The notes beneath the pieces are model-generated. The model saw only the letters and a list, made by a program, of their open reading frames with translations. It was not told where the DNA came from and ran no database searches. A stretch of 64,000 nucleotides of DNA from Octopus sinensis (lineage: Eukaryota), in the NCBI RefSeq assembly GCF_006345805.1, contig NC_043011.1, positions 52,154,464 to 52,218,463 on the forward strand, read 5' to 3'. How positions within the stretch are numbered: the first letter of the stretch is position 1; every line of letters begins with the position of its first letter. Shown here piece by piece: positions 24,147 through 37,110 of this stretch. Made by a program: the position numbers and the translations under genes.

Positions 24147-24216
24147 AATAGTATAAAATATGATTATAATTAAGGTATCTTCTATGCCTTTAATTATAAT
24201 TGTATTTTATACTATT
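24147..24216. repeat. AT-rich fold-back (29/30-nt arms, 11-nt loop)
   Basis: aatagtataaaatatgattataattaagg / cctttaattataattgtattttatactatt. Confidence 0.75.
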
Positions 24217-25911
24217 ATATATATATATATATATATATATAAAGGATTATGGATAATTTTGGGTTAATATAATTTGCATAATCAAAAATGTTGAGAGATA
24301 ATGTGTGTGTGTGTGTGTATAGTGTATGTGCACTAAATCATATGTATCTACATACATGTTTGATAAATGAATCTATATATAGTGTGTGTGTGTATTTATA
24401 TATATATATATATTCACACACTCAAATACGCCAGTATGTGAGAACACATCTACATGTAAAGATATACGTCCATCCGTGAACATATATCTGTATTTGTATA
24501 TATATAAATATATATATATATATAAATATATATATATATACACACACACGTGTATATATGTATATGTAGCAGTATGCACACACACAGCTATATATACATG
24601 AAGCTATAAACACCTATATAAATTCATGATTTAATGTTCTCTCTCTCTCTCTCTCTCTCCTCCTCTCTCTCCCAGACACACATCTATGTAGCTGCCCAAA
24701 ACTCAGTGGTGAACTGTAGTTATAAACAAATTTGTTTCTTAACTGACATACCTGACATAGTTTAGAAATCTTTCATATGAGTAATTATTTTAGGTCTAAT
24801 TAAGAAGAAGAAATAGAATTTACAGAAATTATTCCAGCTTACTTTTGTGTCCTAAATGAACTGTTTATTGAGTGCAGACATGTGTGTATATACATATACA
24901 TACATATATATATATGTGTGTGTGTGTGTGTAAATATATATATATACACACACACACACAAGTGAGTGGACAAACAAAAGGAAAAGGAACTCAATACATT
25001 TAGTAGGAGTGCATGCATTTCAGGCTTTGGATTGCTGAATTGGCAATCCACTGCCTGCAAGAGACAAGCTCCTGTTAGGGGCTGGTGAAACTTTAAGTTG
25101 CATCGAATCAAATCAAAATGTTTTAGATAATGTATATAGATAGATAGATAGATAATGTATTGTTCTGTGTAAATAAGATCAATAAAAAAAATGTACTCCA
25201 TCTGGTGAGAGTTAAATATTATTTAATAGACACAATACATTTTATTATGTGCTACTAGTAGTTTCTTGTACTGAGAACATGCCAAATAATGAATTATAAT
25301 ATGACTATGCAGAGATTTTAAGCATGTTCTCAGCACAAGAAGCTATTAGTAGCACATAATGTATTATATCTCTCAAATAATATATATATATATATATATA
25401 TATTCTTTTAAGGAATAGTGCATCTCAAAGCAAATAAAGTTATAAATAATCCTTTCATATTTTGGCACAATACTTGCAATTTTGAGGGATGGGGAAGTCA
25501 ATTACATCGAGCTCAGTGCTTGACTTGTACTCATTTTATTGACCCTGAAAGGATGAAAGGCAAAGTCAACCTTGGCAGAACTCCAAATGTAATAACAGAT
25601 GAAATGATGCTAAGCATTTTGCTTCGCATGCTAATGATTCTGCCAGCTTGGTGCCTTAATAAAGCTGTAAAAAATAGCATATAAGTAGTGGATTAAAACC
25701 CTTTTGTATAAAAGAAGTCAAAGGCTGCTTGCCAAACATATAAATGTATAATATGCCAGTGTCACATTAAAAGCACCCAGCCTACACTACAGTGGTTGGC
25801 ATTAGGAAGGGCATCCAGCTGTAAAAAAGAAGCCAAATTAGGCTGGAAGTTGGTGCCGCTCTCTGGCTTGCCAGCTCTGTCCAACCTATGCCAACATGGA
25901 AAATAGACATT

Positions 25912-26275
25912 ACTTGTTTCAGTCATTTGACTGTGACCATGCTGGAGCATCGCCTTTAGTCGATCAAATCAACCCCAGGACATATTCTTTGTAAGCCTAG
26001 TACTTATTCTATCGGTCTCCTTTGCCGAACCGCTAAGTTACGGGGACGTAAACACACCAGCATCGATTGTTAGGGGGACAAACACATGCACACACATATA
26101 TACATATACACATATACGATGGGCTTCTTTCAGTTTCCATCTACCAAATTCACTCACAAGGCTTTGGTCAGTCCGAGACTATAGTAGAAGACACTTGCCC
26201 AAGGTGCCACGCAGTGGGACTGAACCCAGAACCATGTGGTTGGTAAGCAAGCTACTTACCACACAACCACTCCTA
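25912..26275 (-). mobile_element. Family 2 tRNA/CORE-type SINE, near full length
   Basis: Head RC 'ggagtggttgtgtggtaagtagcttg...gggttcagtccc', CORE-like block, internal microsatellite, tail. Confidence 0.85.
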
Positions 26276-26295
26276 TATATATATATATATATATA

Positions 26296-26490
26296 TAGTT
26301 AATCCAAACAAGAAAACACAAAAAAACACAATAATGTGAAGACGTGGAACAAATAAAGTATTATTGGACGCTCAGGAAAGAAGGGAAGAAGGAGGGTTTA
26401 ACGTTTCGAGCGGAGCTCTTCGTCGGAAACATAGGAGAAAGATCCCGAGAAGGGAAGACAGAGGAAAAAAATCGCCAGCGGTACTCACGA
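26296..26490 (-). mobile_element. PLE-derived short element with minimal hammerhead (CCGACGA core)
   Basis: Minus strand: guuu CCGACGA A GAGC-ucc-GCUC GAAACGUU aaac (26430-26396); (TA)n on both sides. Confidence 0.75.
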
Positions 26491-26493
26491 GGT

Positions 26494-26534
<41 letters not shown>

Positions 26535-27164
26535 TGTATATAAGTATATACATAGATATGTTATATTGCAAATCTGATAGTATTCCAGTTAATATATGGT
26601 CTACTCTGGAATGATATACATTCCTAAGACCATCAGCATTTTTCGACCTTCTCTCTCTATATATCCTTTCCTTCCTTCCTTCTTCATTTCTCCACCCCCA
26701 TTCACTTATTCTCTTTCTTTCACTATTTTCCCCCTTTCTGTACACCATTCCAATTTTAACAAAGACTTCCATAATCTTCCACATTTTTTGTTGGTACTAC
26801 TACTACTACTACTACTACTACTAAAGAAAGGGCTAGAATGTTCCTTCCACTCACTAAAATATCATCAGAAATAAAATGGCAGTGATATTGGTGCTGGTAT
26901 TGTTTAAAACGCTGTCATTATAATTCACCTATGTACCAAAATTATTTCCTGTTAGGAAATGTCTACTCGGAAAAGCTTGCATCTTATGAATTTCGTGTCT
27001 GGCATTTCCGTTGTAACTTCCCCTCCCATCTCATACACCCCTCCTCTTCCTTTCTCTCCCTCAACTTCATTTTAAGTGTGCTTATATTTGTTGTTGTTGT
27101 TGGTGGTGGTGGTCATTGGTGAGGAAGTTTCAATGCCAACAGATTATTGGTTCTGGCTTTACTA

Positions 27165-27376
27165 TACTCTTTACTCTTTTACTTGTTTCAGTCATTTGAC
27201 TGTGGCCATGCTGGAGCACCGCCTTTTAGTCGAGCAAATCGACCCCGGGACTTATTCTTTTGTAAGCCCAGTACTTATTCTATCGGTCTCTTTTGCCGAA
27301 CCGCTAAGTGACGGGGACGTAAACACACCAGCATCGGTTGTCAAGCAATGCTAGGGGGACAAACACAGACACACAA

Positions 27377-27409
<33 letters not shown>

Positions 27410-27580
27410 CATATATACGACAGGCTTCTTTCAGTTTCCGTCTACCAAATCCACTCACAAGGCATGGGTCAGCCCGGAGCTATAGCAGAAGACACTTGCC
27501 CAAGATGCCACGCAGTGGGACTGAACCCGGAACCATGTGGTTGGTTAGCAAGCTACTTACCACACAGCCACTCCTGCGCC
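27165..27580 (-). mobile_element. Family 2 SINE, full length, young
   Basis: Complete head-CORE-microsatellite-tail '(gtaaaaga)n'; nearly identical to 41172-41582. Confidence 0.9.
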
Positions 27581-27807
27581 TATAGATCATGTTCTATGCT
27601 CTTTAAGTTTATTTTTACTGGTTTCAGTCATTGGACCGTGGTCATACTGGGGCACCGCCTTCATGGATTTTAGCTGATCATAACAAAGCCATTACGTACT
27701 TCATTCAGTCTCGTGTTTATTTCATTGATCTCTATTTGTTAAACCACTAAGGACACAACTTACTAAACAACAGCAATTTTTAGACCAGTGTAATCATAGA
27801 GATAAAG

Positions 27808-28070
27808 AAACACACACACACACACTCTGACACATGCCCACACACACACACACACACACATGTGCATGCATACACACACACATACACATGTGCATGTGCA
27901 CACACACACACTCTGGCACATGCCCACACACACGCATACACATGTGCATGCATACACACACACACTCTGACACATGCCCACACATACACATGTGCATGTG
28001 TACACACACACACACACTCACACACACAGATGTACACACACACACACAGATGCACTCGCACACATGCACA
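27808..28070. repeat. (CA)-based minisatellite with recurring 'ctctgacacatgccca' and 'catgtgcatgca' blocks
   Basis: Direct reading; explains the six overlapping ORFs at 27763-28122. Confidence 0.85.
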
Positions 28071-28704
28071 TTTTATATTGGTTCATTGTAATGTTCACTT
28101 TTCCATGCTTGCATTGGTCTGACAGAATTTGTCGAGTCAAATTTCTTTGCATCCAGATGCCCTTCCTGTTGCCAACACTCACCTCTTTCCAACAAGGTAA
28201 TATTTCTTCATGTCCAGGTCCTTTTTCAAGGAAGATTGAAATGAGGGGCATCGTTCAAATGATAGCAGCACTGATTGGCAACTGCCATGCTACATCAAGA
28301 TAAAGACAAATACACACACACACACACACATGTATCTTTTACTTGCTTCAGTCATTGGACTGTGGTTATGCTGGGGCTTTACTTGGAAGGGTTTTATCAA
28401 ACAAATTGACCCCAGGACTTATTTTTAAGCTTGGCAGTGATTCTATTTGTCTCTTTTACTGAGTTTTTAGATTATCAATTGGTAAACGAACCACACTGGC
28501 TCTCAAGGAGTGGTTGAAGGTAAACACACATACATGTGTGTTTGTGATGAACTTATTTGAGTTTTGTTTGGCCCTAGGCCACAGTAGAAGACACTCTGTC
28601 AAGGTGTCAGATAGTGGGACTGAACCTACAACCATGTGGTTAGGAAGTGAACTTCATAACCACACAGCTATCTCTGCACCTATAAATATGAATGCATTAT
28701 ATTG

Positions 28705-29095
28705 TTGGCATCCTTTTGTCTCAGGAGACAATGGAGTTGCGCATAAACTAATCCAGTCTAGTTTTTACATTTCATGTCCTCTCCATTTCCCTCCCCAGTT
28801 TTGCGCAGGCCTCGGCTAGATGTAAGAAAATCCTGGGTAGCCCAGTCGTCAAGATTCCTCTCTTGACCTTGCTGATGTAGTCCAAAGGAGTGCAGAGTAT
28901 TATGTTTGGCACCAGCTTTGTTGCAGGAGCTGCTGGAAAAGTGTCAAGTCGAACACTAAACCACCTACAGGGCTCCACTCCAGATTTCTTTGAAGGTTGT
29001 CTTTTTTCCGTAACCCTGGATAGGGGCCCATACCGGGTACTGTCAGCCAGAGCCAGCTGAACCCAGGAGTCGTGTCAGGCAGGGTCATCACTCCC
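28705..29095 (-). mobile_element. Internally deleted (bipartite) RTE-derived element
   Basis: Minus strand starts with an RTE-type 5' region ('ccagcagctcctgcaacaaagctggtgccaaac...ggactacatcagcaaggtcaagagagg') joined to an RTE-type 3' end ('gcgcaactccattgtctcctgagacaaaaggatgccaac'). Family assignment from recall. Confidence 0.6.
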
Positions 29096-29286
29096 TGAAG
29101 TAGCGAAGAAAATCACTACCCACTACCTATAAATGCATTATATAAACACACTAGAACAGACATTTCTATTTTATCATCTCCTGTGAATTTGTCTCAAAAA
29201 GCTTATTATTTTAATGCCTACCCACCTCCGTCATCCTTTGGTTCTTTCATTAAAAACCACCCTAAATTATAATTTTATGTAAAGAA

Positions 29287-29612
29287 TATCATCATCATCA
29301 TCATCGTTTAACGTCCGTTTTCCATGCTAGCATGGGTTGGACGGTTTGACCGGGGTCTGGGAAGCCAGAAGGCTGCACCAGGCTCCAGTATGATCTGGCA
29401 GTGTTTCTGCAGCTGGATGCACTTCCTAACGCCAACCACTTCGTGAGTGTAGTGGGTGTTTTTTACATGCCACTGACACAGGGGCCAGAGTAGGCTGGCA
29501 AATGGCCACGATTGGTTGCTGCTTTTATGTGTCACCGACATGGACGCCAGTCAGGCGGCGCTGGCATCTGCCACGTTCGGACGGTGCTTTTTACGTGTCA
29601 CCGGCACGGGTA
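29287..29612 (-). mobile_element. Family 1 SINE-like copy
   Basis: (CAT)n + 'cgtttaacgtccgttttccatgctagcatggg' and three modules. Confidence 0.85.
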
Positions 29613-30319
29613 TCTACTTTTACTATATTCCAAAAATTGATTTACGCTACTAATATAAGTGTAATGTTAGTGGCAGTCTGTCTCCTTTTTTCCTCCTACT
29701 CCTGTGTTTGTCTCATTCCCACTACCATGCACAACTAAAATAATTATCTGCTATATTTTCACTAGCTTTGTATTTTGTTAAAACACTAACAGGTCATTTA
29801 GTTTGTTGAATATAAAGAAGAAATGTACATATGTTTAATTGTCTATCTATAAATTATATAAATACACATACACATATAATTGTATGTATATTTCATTATT
29901 TATTAAACAATAAAAATAATTTTATTTAATTAATTCTTTTAGCCCTTTTGTTACCATATTTCTATTGAAATCCACTGACTTTGTTTCAATTAGTTTTGAA
30001 AACAGATAAAGAATTCAGTAAAATAACGTTGTCATTATTTAGCTAATGTTTGAAATGTGAATTAACTTGGAATTTTGATGGAACGGTTTAATTTAGATTA
30101 CTTTAAAATAGCAATTTCTGTCTTAGAACCAGGGATAATCTCAAGTGAGTTGGTATCAAAAGTGTTGAATGCAGTTGCTGCAAATAATCAGTTATAAATC
30201 ATAGCCACGGGTTTTACCCCCAGGTACTCACTAGTATATAAATAAATGTTGAAATAACTAGAGACCTTCTTGGAAATCCCTTAATCGGCTAAAAATAGTA
30301 ATCAAAGCTTTTTAAAATT

Positions 30320-30655
30320 ACAACTTATTAATTCCTTTGACTCCATGGGAAGTATAGATCATCAACAAGAGGTTTCCCTCTGTCTTGATCTTTGACAACT
30401 GATTACCGTTGTCCACAGCTGTAGCTACCTGCCAGTGCTTCAGTTTTTGGTCTGCCACGCTTCCATTTCCATTGGGGTGTACATCAGCGGGCTTGCCTTG
30501 TAATGTTGGAAACAGATTTCCATAGGGTGTCTTGCAACCAAGTCCATTTCTACTCTTGATCTGGATTTCAGTAGGTTCTTTGTGAGTCTCTCTTGCCATT
30601 TCAATCGAAGGATGTTCTGAACACATCTATTCACAAATGTTTGGAGTAGATTGAT
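30320..30655 (-). mobile_element. RTE LINE 3' fragment (RT C-terminus)
   Basis: Frameshifted LQTFVNRCVQNILRLKWQE..., EPTEIQIKSR..., PQWKWKRGRPK, matching the RTE C-terminal pattern. Confidence 0.8.
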
Positions 30656-32944
30656 GGAGAACTTTGCATTATCTCATAGCTTTGAGGTTTTGATGAGGTG
30701 ATTGTTTATTTTTACAAAGACATTATAGTGTAAGTGTGAGAGGCTAGATCTGGCTGGTTTGAACATTAAACAGGTAAAAAATTTGGGCTGATCTGACCAA
30801 TTTAAATGTTAAAGAGTTAAAGGTTGTTTGGGTTTGCTGTCAAGGTAAAAAAAAATGTCTTACCATCTTAAATAAAGAAGGATGCATTGTACAATATAGC
30901 CTCTTATATACAAATCAAATAATCACTTCTTTCATCATAGGTCTACTCTGTCAGGGTTGACCTAGGGCTAAACAAGTTGTTATTGACAAAATTAGTTAAT
31001 AATAAATTAGTTATTTCACAAAAATCTCTCCAAATTCTTGATTATTTACAATATTAACTGAAACTTATTTTGCATATTCATTTAGCAATATTATGGAAGA
31101 ATTAAGCTAGCGAAACAGACATGTATCAGCTGGAATAAAAGCACTGTGAAAAAAATAAATAACAAAAAATAAATAAACCCTACAAAATGTTCCCCAAGTT
31201 TGCTTATGTCAACAGCTGAACTATTTATCAAAATCCTTAGTGTGCAATTTTTACTGATTTTTTATTTTTTTTATTTTTTAATATTTAAATTTGATGTTAT
31301 TTTATTGGCTTACTTCTTCAATACATGCAACAGGTTTTTTTTCACTCGCTGATTACTCTGCCAACATTTATTGCAAAAAATTTATATTTGAAAACCACTT
31401 GGGTACCTCCCATCACTGTGTATTGATTCTTTGTCTACTTATATCTCACTCACTCACTCACACACATAAACAGACAAATGTATAAAAGAGCAAACACACA
31501 GTCAGACATTGTTCATAGCCTATCTTCACATACGCAGGCATCATACCCCTGCGCTTAAAACTGAAGCATGGGTGCAAATTCAACTTGTGAACTCATTGCA
31601 TGTAGCTATTGTCATCTATGCCTATAAAAGGCAGGATGTGTGTGTGTGTGTATGTACGTGAATGTACTTTATGCATGTCCACAAATTAGTATGCATGTCG
31701 CTCCAATTTTAGGAGGACATTAGTTATGACCATGGCTGTGCTTTTGTCAGCTTATTTTTCCCGAGGCACCCCCGGATAGCAGTAAAAATAGCTTTCCAAC
31801 AATAACTTTTACCATTTTCACGTCGGTGAAATCTGTAAGTTTGCTAACATGAATTAAGTCCCCTGTCTTATAGATTAATTCACCCTACTACAATGCCTCC
31901 AAAGAAAAAAAAAAAAAATTAGATTTGTACTACCTAAGCAATCTCAGAGTAGGAAAAGAGAAAGAGCTGATGAGACTGACTATCAGCAGACCCATTAGTA
32001 AAATATAACTTTTTGGGCCGAAACCTGGCAATAAGAACTTGCGGATATTCCGCTACAAAACATTCAATAACATCGAAGCATCACTTTCATAAATCAGGGT
32101 ATAATTTTTGAAGACTGTTTCTGAACCTAGTCAACAACAGGTATTTCTGCTAGTATGTCATAAGACATAGTATTACCCACTGGTTGCACACACACTCACA
32201 CACAGATTCACACACATACATACATGCTTTAATGCATGTACAAAATTAATGAAACAAAATTAAAGAAAAATTAATGCATATATGCATAGTTTTCTTTGTC
32301 ATTTGTACTCTGTGTTGGACCTATTAATTATATTATAGATATACATTTATACTTCAAAAACATTCCCCATCTGAAAGCCTCCACCTTTTCTTTTCTCTCA
32401 TTTTGCATATATACAAATATACGTATTTTGTATTTCATAGCCAGACTATTATATTTGATATATTTAATCTGTCTAAATTGTTTATCTGCATAATTGCCTC
32501 CATATATGCATACATACACATACCTTCATGCATAGAGAAACACCTATATGCATGTGTGTGTATGTGTGTGTGTGTGTTATAGGTATATAATCATTTGCTG
32601 TCAACTTTTCCATCTGGCATGGGTTGAACAAGTCTCACAGTACCGTACCACCTGTCGCAATCCTCACAGTCCTTCATTATCTGGTTCACAGCAACAGCAG
32701 TAGCAGTGTCAGCTGCAGCAACAGCAGAGAAAGCAACCAGTCTTTATGTTTGTTTTTAACGTTTTTAATAGCTGGATGACATTCCTGTTATCTGTTATTA
32801 ACCTTTTACAAGCACAGATTGGATGTGCATTGTGTAATGCTATCAACACCAGAGACATTGAAAAAGTTCACTGAAACTTGTATCAGTTTTTATTCACAGT
32901 TATTTTTCTTGGTACTTATATAAGTAATTAGTAGTAGAGAATGT

Positions 32945-33215
32945 CAGGCAGACACAGAGGATATGTGACCAGGGCAGCCGCCAGATGCTGGAACATATGG
33001 CATTCTGGATTTGACGAAGGAGGGAAGGTAAGATAGGGTTTAGTCAACATGCTAGTTAACCCACAGCTGGAACCCCATCAGGTGCCGCTACTACAGGTCA
33101 GAGTAGACTTGGGAACAACAGTGGTTAAGCAGTGGTTTCACATTCCTCAAAACCTTGGAAATTCCATACCAAGGTCCCATTACTGGATGCAGTTTAGTCA
33201 TGTCTGAGACTCAGT
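32945..33215 (-). mobile_element. Unclassified dispersed repeat fragment
   Basis: GC-richer block ('ctactctgacctgtagtagcggcacctgatggggttcc' on minus) resembling a recalled repeat; single copy in this window. Confidence 0.3.
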
Positions 33216-33244
33216 AGTAGAGAAAGAAAAATATATTACATATA

Positions 33245-33425
33245 GGCATGGGTGTGGTTATAGGTGTGGGAACGGCTGTGTCGTAAGAAGCTTGCTTCTC
33301 TACCAGATGGTTCTGAGTTCAGTCTCACTGTGTGGCACTTTGGGCAAGCATCTTCTACTACATCCTCGTGCCCACCAAAGCCTTGTGGGTGGATTTGGTA
33401 GACAGAAACTGAAAGAAGCCTGTTT
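33245..33425 (+). mobile_element. Family 2 SINE 5' half, interrupted in its microsatellite
   Basis: Head and CORE-like block end in (TA)n; the body resumes, decayed, near 33690. Confidence 0.7.
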
Positions 33426-33499
33426 ATATATATATATATATATATATGAAAAAACAAGTCAAGATAGAAAATGCTAAAATAATTTTATAAAGAACATTT

Positions 33500-33537
33500 C
33501 AGTACCGGTTTCAGTCATTTTGAGACCTTTTCAACTG
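33500..33537 (-). ncRNA. Minimal type I hammerhead, U3-A8 compensatory variant
   Basis: cag UUGAAAA GGUC-ucaaaau-GACU GAAACCGGUA cug: 3-bp stem I, 4-bp stem II, palindromic ACCGGU, GUA triplet. Confidence 0.7.
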
Positions 33538-34552
33538 TAGCAATTAAATAATTAAATTTAGAAAAATTAAAAGAAAAGTTTTTTAAAAAGAATATTTGTA
33601 TAATGTTCAAATACAAGGAGCATTTTCCTTGTTTCTGCCTTTCTCTGTCTCTCTTGTTTACTCTTGTGAGTTCGAGACACACACATCTACGTGTGTGTGT
33701 CTTTGTGTCTGTGTTTGTCTCTCATCACTACTTGATAACTAGTATTGTATATAAGTTTTTATATCTGTTTTATCTCTCACTTGTTTTAGTCATTAGACTT
33801 CAACCATACTGGGGCACCACCTTGAAGAACATTTAGTCGAATGAATCAACCCCAGTGCATTTTTCTTTTTTTTTAAAGCCTGGAACTTATTCTATCAGTC
33901 TCTTTTGCCTAAGTTACAGGGACATAAACATAGCAAGACCAGTTGTCAAGCAGTGTTGGGGGTCATCCTAAGAGAGAGAGAGACACACACACACACATGT
34001 ATGATGGGCTTCTTTCAGTTTCTGACTTCGGTTGGCCCAAGGCTATACTTAGACACTTACCCAAGGTACTATGCTGTGGGACTGAACCCGGGACTACGTG
34101 GTTGGGAAGCAAACTTTATATTGTAATGTTTGACTGAGTCAAAAAAACACAAAACAACACAGAATTTAGAGGTTGGTCAGTAATCAGACAGTTTATAGTT
34201 AGAGCCCAGTGATGCTTTGTGCACACAATCTTTACATTCTTCTGCTTGTTTCAGATGTTAGATTGGAGCCATGCTGGGATACAGCCTGGAAGGGTTTACT
34301 TGAACAAATCAACCCCAGTACTTATTTTGAGGCCAGTTCTTCTTCTGTCTGTTTTTGCCAAACCACCAGGTTACAGGGATATAAACAAAGCAACACTTGT
34401 CATGTGGTGGTCATGGTGGGGGAAGCATTCACATGAAGAGCTTTCATGCAGTTTCTATCTATCAAACTCATTCACAAGACATTGGTGTGGCCTAGGACTA
34501 TAATAGAAGACACTTGCCCAAGAAGGCACACTGTAACACCTTGTTGTGCGTG

Positions 34553-34875
34553 CATCTATCTATCTATCTATCTCTACATCTATCTATCTCTACATCTGTC
34601 TATCTCTATATCTATCTCTCTATATCTATCTCTCTACATCTATCTATCTCTATATCTATCTATCTCTATATCTATCTATCTCTATATCTATCTATCTATC
34701 TCTATCTATCTATCTCTATATACCTCTATCTCTATATCTATCTATATCTATGTACCTCTAGCTCTATATATATATATATCTACAGCTATCTCTATATCTA
34801 TCTATCTATCTTTATCTATCTATCTATCTATCTATCTATATCTATCTATCTATCTATCTATCTATATCTATCTGT
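34553..34875. repeat. (TATC/TCTA/TC)n compound microsatellite
   Basis: Explains the 157-aa I/Y/L/S ORF. Confidence 0.9.
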
Positions 34876-35600
34876 CTAACAGCCTGTCTACCCATTTATG
34901 TGTATGTTCAATGAACTAGTACTATTACTAATAGCTACTATCAAATAATTGGATTAAAATATAAAATCATTGAGAATAAATATTCATCAAAATGATTCAT
35001 GACAAACTGCAGCCTATTTCAACATACTGATCTCAGTGTGATGAGACATGCAGCACTTTGTCACAAATCATTAATATATATATAATATGTATATGTTTGT
35101 GTGTATGTGTGTAATCTCAAGGAGATCATAGGCACACAGTAACAGATACGACCTCTTGCACATCCTCAGTGAACATCATGTTTTCATCATCATCTTCTAC
35201 CACTCCTTCATGTTGCTCATTGCTGTTCTCTCTTTACAATCTTTTTATAACTTCTTTCACTAATAATTTGTCCATGCATGGCTATACTCACTAGAAGCAG
35301 GATGTCATGGTGCTGTTTTACATGCCCAAGCCACTTCGTTGTTCTGCCTTTTGACAAGTGATAGAGGAAAGTTTCATGATTTGAAATTTTCTCAAAAATT
35401 ACTTCTCCAACAATTTTGATAGTTAATCTTCTGTTCCTTCACACACACACACATATACACACCATCACTGTCATCATTTAGCGTCTGCTTTCTCCATGTT
35501 TGCTTGGGATGGACAGAATTTGTTGAGGCAGATTTTCTACAACTTGATGCCCTTTGTGTCTCACACACACACATATATATATATACACACATATATATAG

Positions 35601-35639
<39 letters not shown>

Positions 35640-35647
35640 TATATATA

Positions 35648-36112
35648 TATCATCATCATCATCGTTTAGCGTCCGCTTTCCATGCTAGCATGGGTTGGAC
35701 GGTTCAACTGGGGTCTGTGAAGCCAGAAGGCTGCATCAGGCCCAGTCTGATATGGCAGTGTTTCTACAGCTGGATGCCCTTCCTAACACCAACCACTCCG
35801 TGAGTGTAGTGGGTGCTTTTTACGTGCCACCCGCACAGGTGCCAGATGGAGCTGGCAAACGGCCACGGACGGATGGTGCTTTTTACGTGCCACCGGCATG
35901 GGGGCCAGGCGAGGCTGGCAACGGCCACGATCGGATGGTGCTTTTTACGTGCCACCGGCATATATATATATATATACGTATACAAGCACCCAGCAGACAT
36001 TGTAAAGTTGGTGTTAAGAAGGGCATCCAGCTGTAGAAACCATGCTAAATCAGATGGAAACTGTCTGACCCATGCCAGCATGGAAAACAGACTTTAAAGA
36101 ATGATGATGATT
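35648..36112. mobile_element. Head-to-head pair of family 1 SINE-like copies (35648-35960 minus; 35984-36112 plus)
   Basis: (CAT)n tail at the left end and (GAT)n tail at the right end, with (TA)n between. Confidence 0.8.
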
Positions 36113-36497
36113 ATGCATTTGTTCCTCTCTAATATGTTGTGTAAGTCTAAATGTGTCATAATCTAACCTGATACTTGCTGACTGCTCATTTATGATTTTA
36201 TTCTGTTACATACATACTTGCTTACAAGTAAACACAAAGACATTGAAATAAAATTCATTCACGCATACATTCTCAGTAAGATCCTATTAACACACAAACA
36301 AAGCGGAAAATATAAAAAGAGCAAAAAATGTCAGGTTTACTGAAGTTTATCCATCCCATCCCACCCGTCTTCTCCGCCTACTATTCCTCGGAGGGTGGTA
36401 GGGGCAGTCCTCAGGCACCTCGTGATTAAGATCCCATCAGGAGCAACCATCATTGCACTTTCTGGCTGGATTCCCAAGCATGGCCAACTGTGTCTAT

Positions 36498-36870
36498 CTT
36501 TTACTTGTTTCAGTCATTAGACACTATGGCCATGCTGGGGCACCACCTTGAAGAATTTTAGTTGGACTTATCGACCCCAGTGCTTATTTTTCTTAAGCTT
36601 AGTACTTATTCTATCAGTTTCTATTGACGAATTGCTAAATTACAAGGATGTAAACACACAAACACTGGTTGTTAAGCAATGGTGAGGGACAGACACACTC
36701 ACACACAATGAGTGTCTTTCAGTTTCCATCTACCAAATCCATTCGCAAGGCTTTGGTCCACCCAAGGTTATAGTAGAAGACACTTTCCCAAGGTGCCACT
36801 CTGTAGGACTGAACCTGGAACCACATGGTTGGAAAGCAAGCTTCTTACCACACAGCCACACCTGCACCTG
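36498..36870 (-). mobile_element. Family 2 SINE, older copy
   Basis: Tail, body and head motifs present with many substitutions; similar older copies at ~28335-28680, 33770-34105, 34245-34535 and 39362-39695. Confidence 0.7.
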
Positions 36871-36894
36871 TGCCTATCCAACCATTTTATTCTT

Positions 36895-37110
36895 AGTTTA
36901 CCCACTGGGTCTCCTACCTGTTGGCTCAGCTTAAAGAATCCATCTTGTGATACTTTCCTGTGATTTTCTAATCTTATATCCATAGTACTGGAGCTATGAC
37001 TCCCAATGTGGAGAAATGGAAGTTCATCCTGGAACGACTCCCTGATCTCCAAGTTACACACTCTGTCAAGTAAGGTTTCTCCAGAGATCCTTAAGAGGAA
37101 CTTCATTTCA
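36895..37110 (-). mobile_element. RTE (Expander/Rex3-like) LINE fragment
   Basis: EMKFLLRISGETLLDRVCNLEIRESFQDELPFLHI aligns by eye to the RTE pattern EMRFLRRVAG..LRDRVR..IRE.L.VEPLLL.I. Confidence 0.65.

Noticed and set aside
34446-34919. Longest ORF (157 aa) and similar long ORFs at 5809-6198, 21429-21827, 27763-28122, 55230-55537 and 60513-60884
   Set aside because: Translations of microsatellites (poly I/Y/L/S, H/T, C/V); not genes.
36377-36440. GC-rich hairpin considered as an HDV-like ribozyme
   Set aside because: Only a simple 10-bp hairpin with 3 G-U pairs; P2/P3 pairings do not work.
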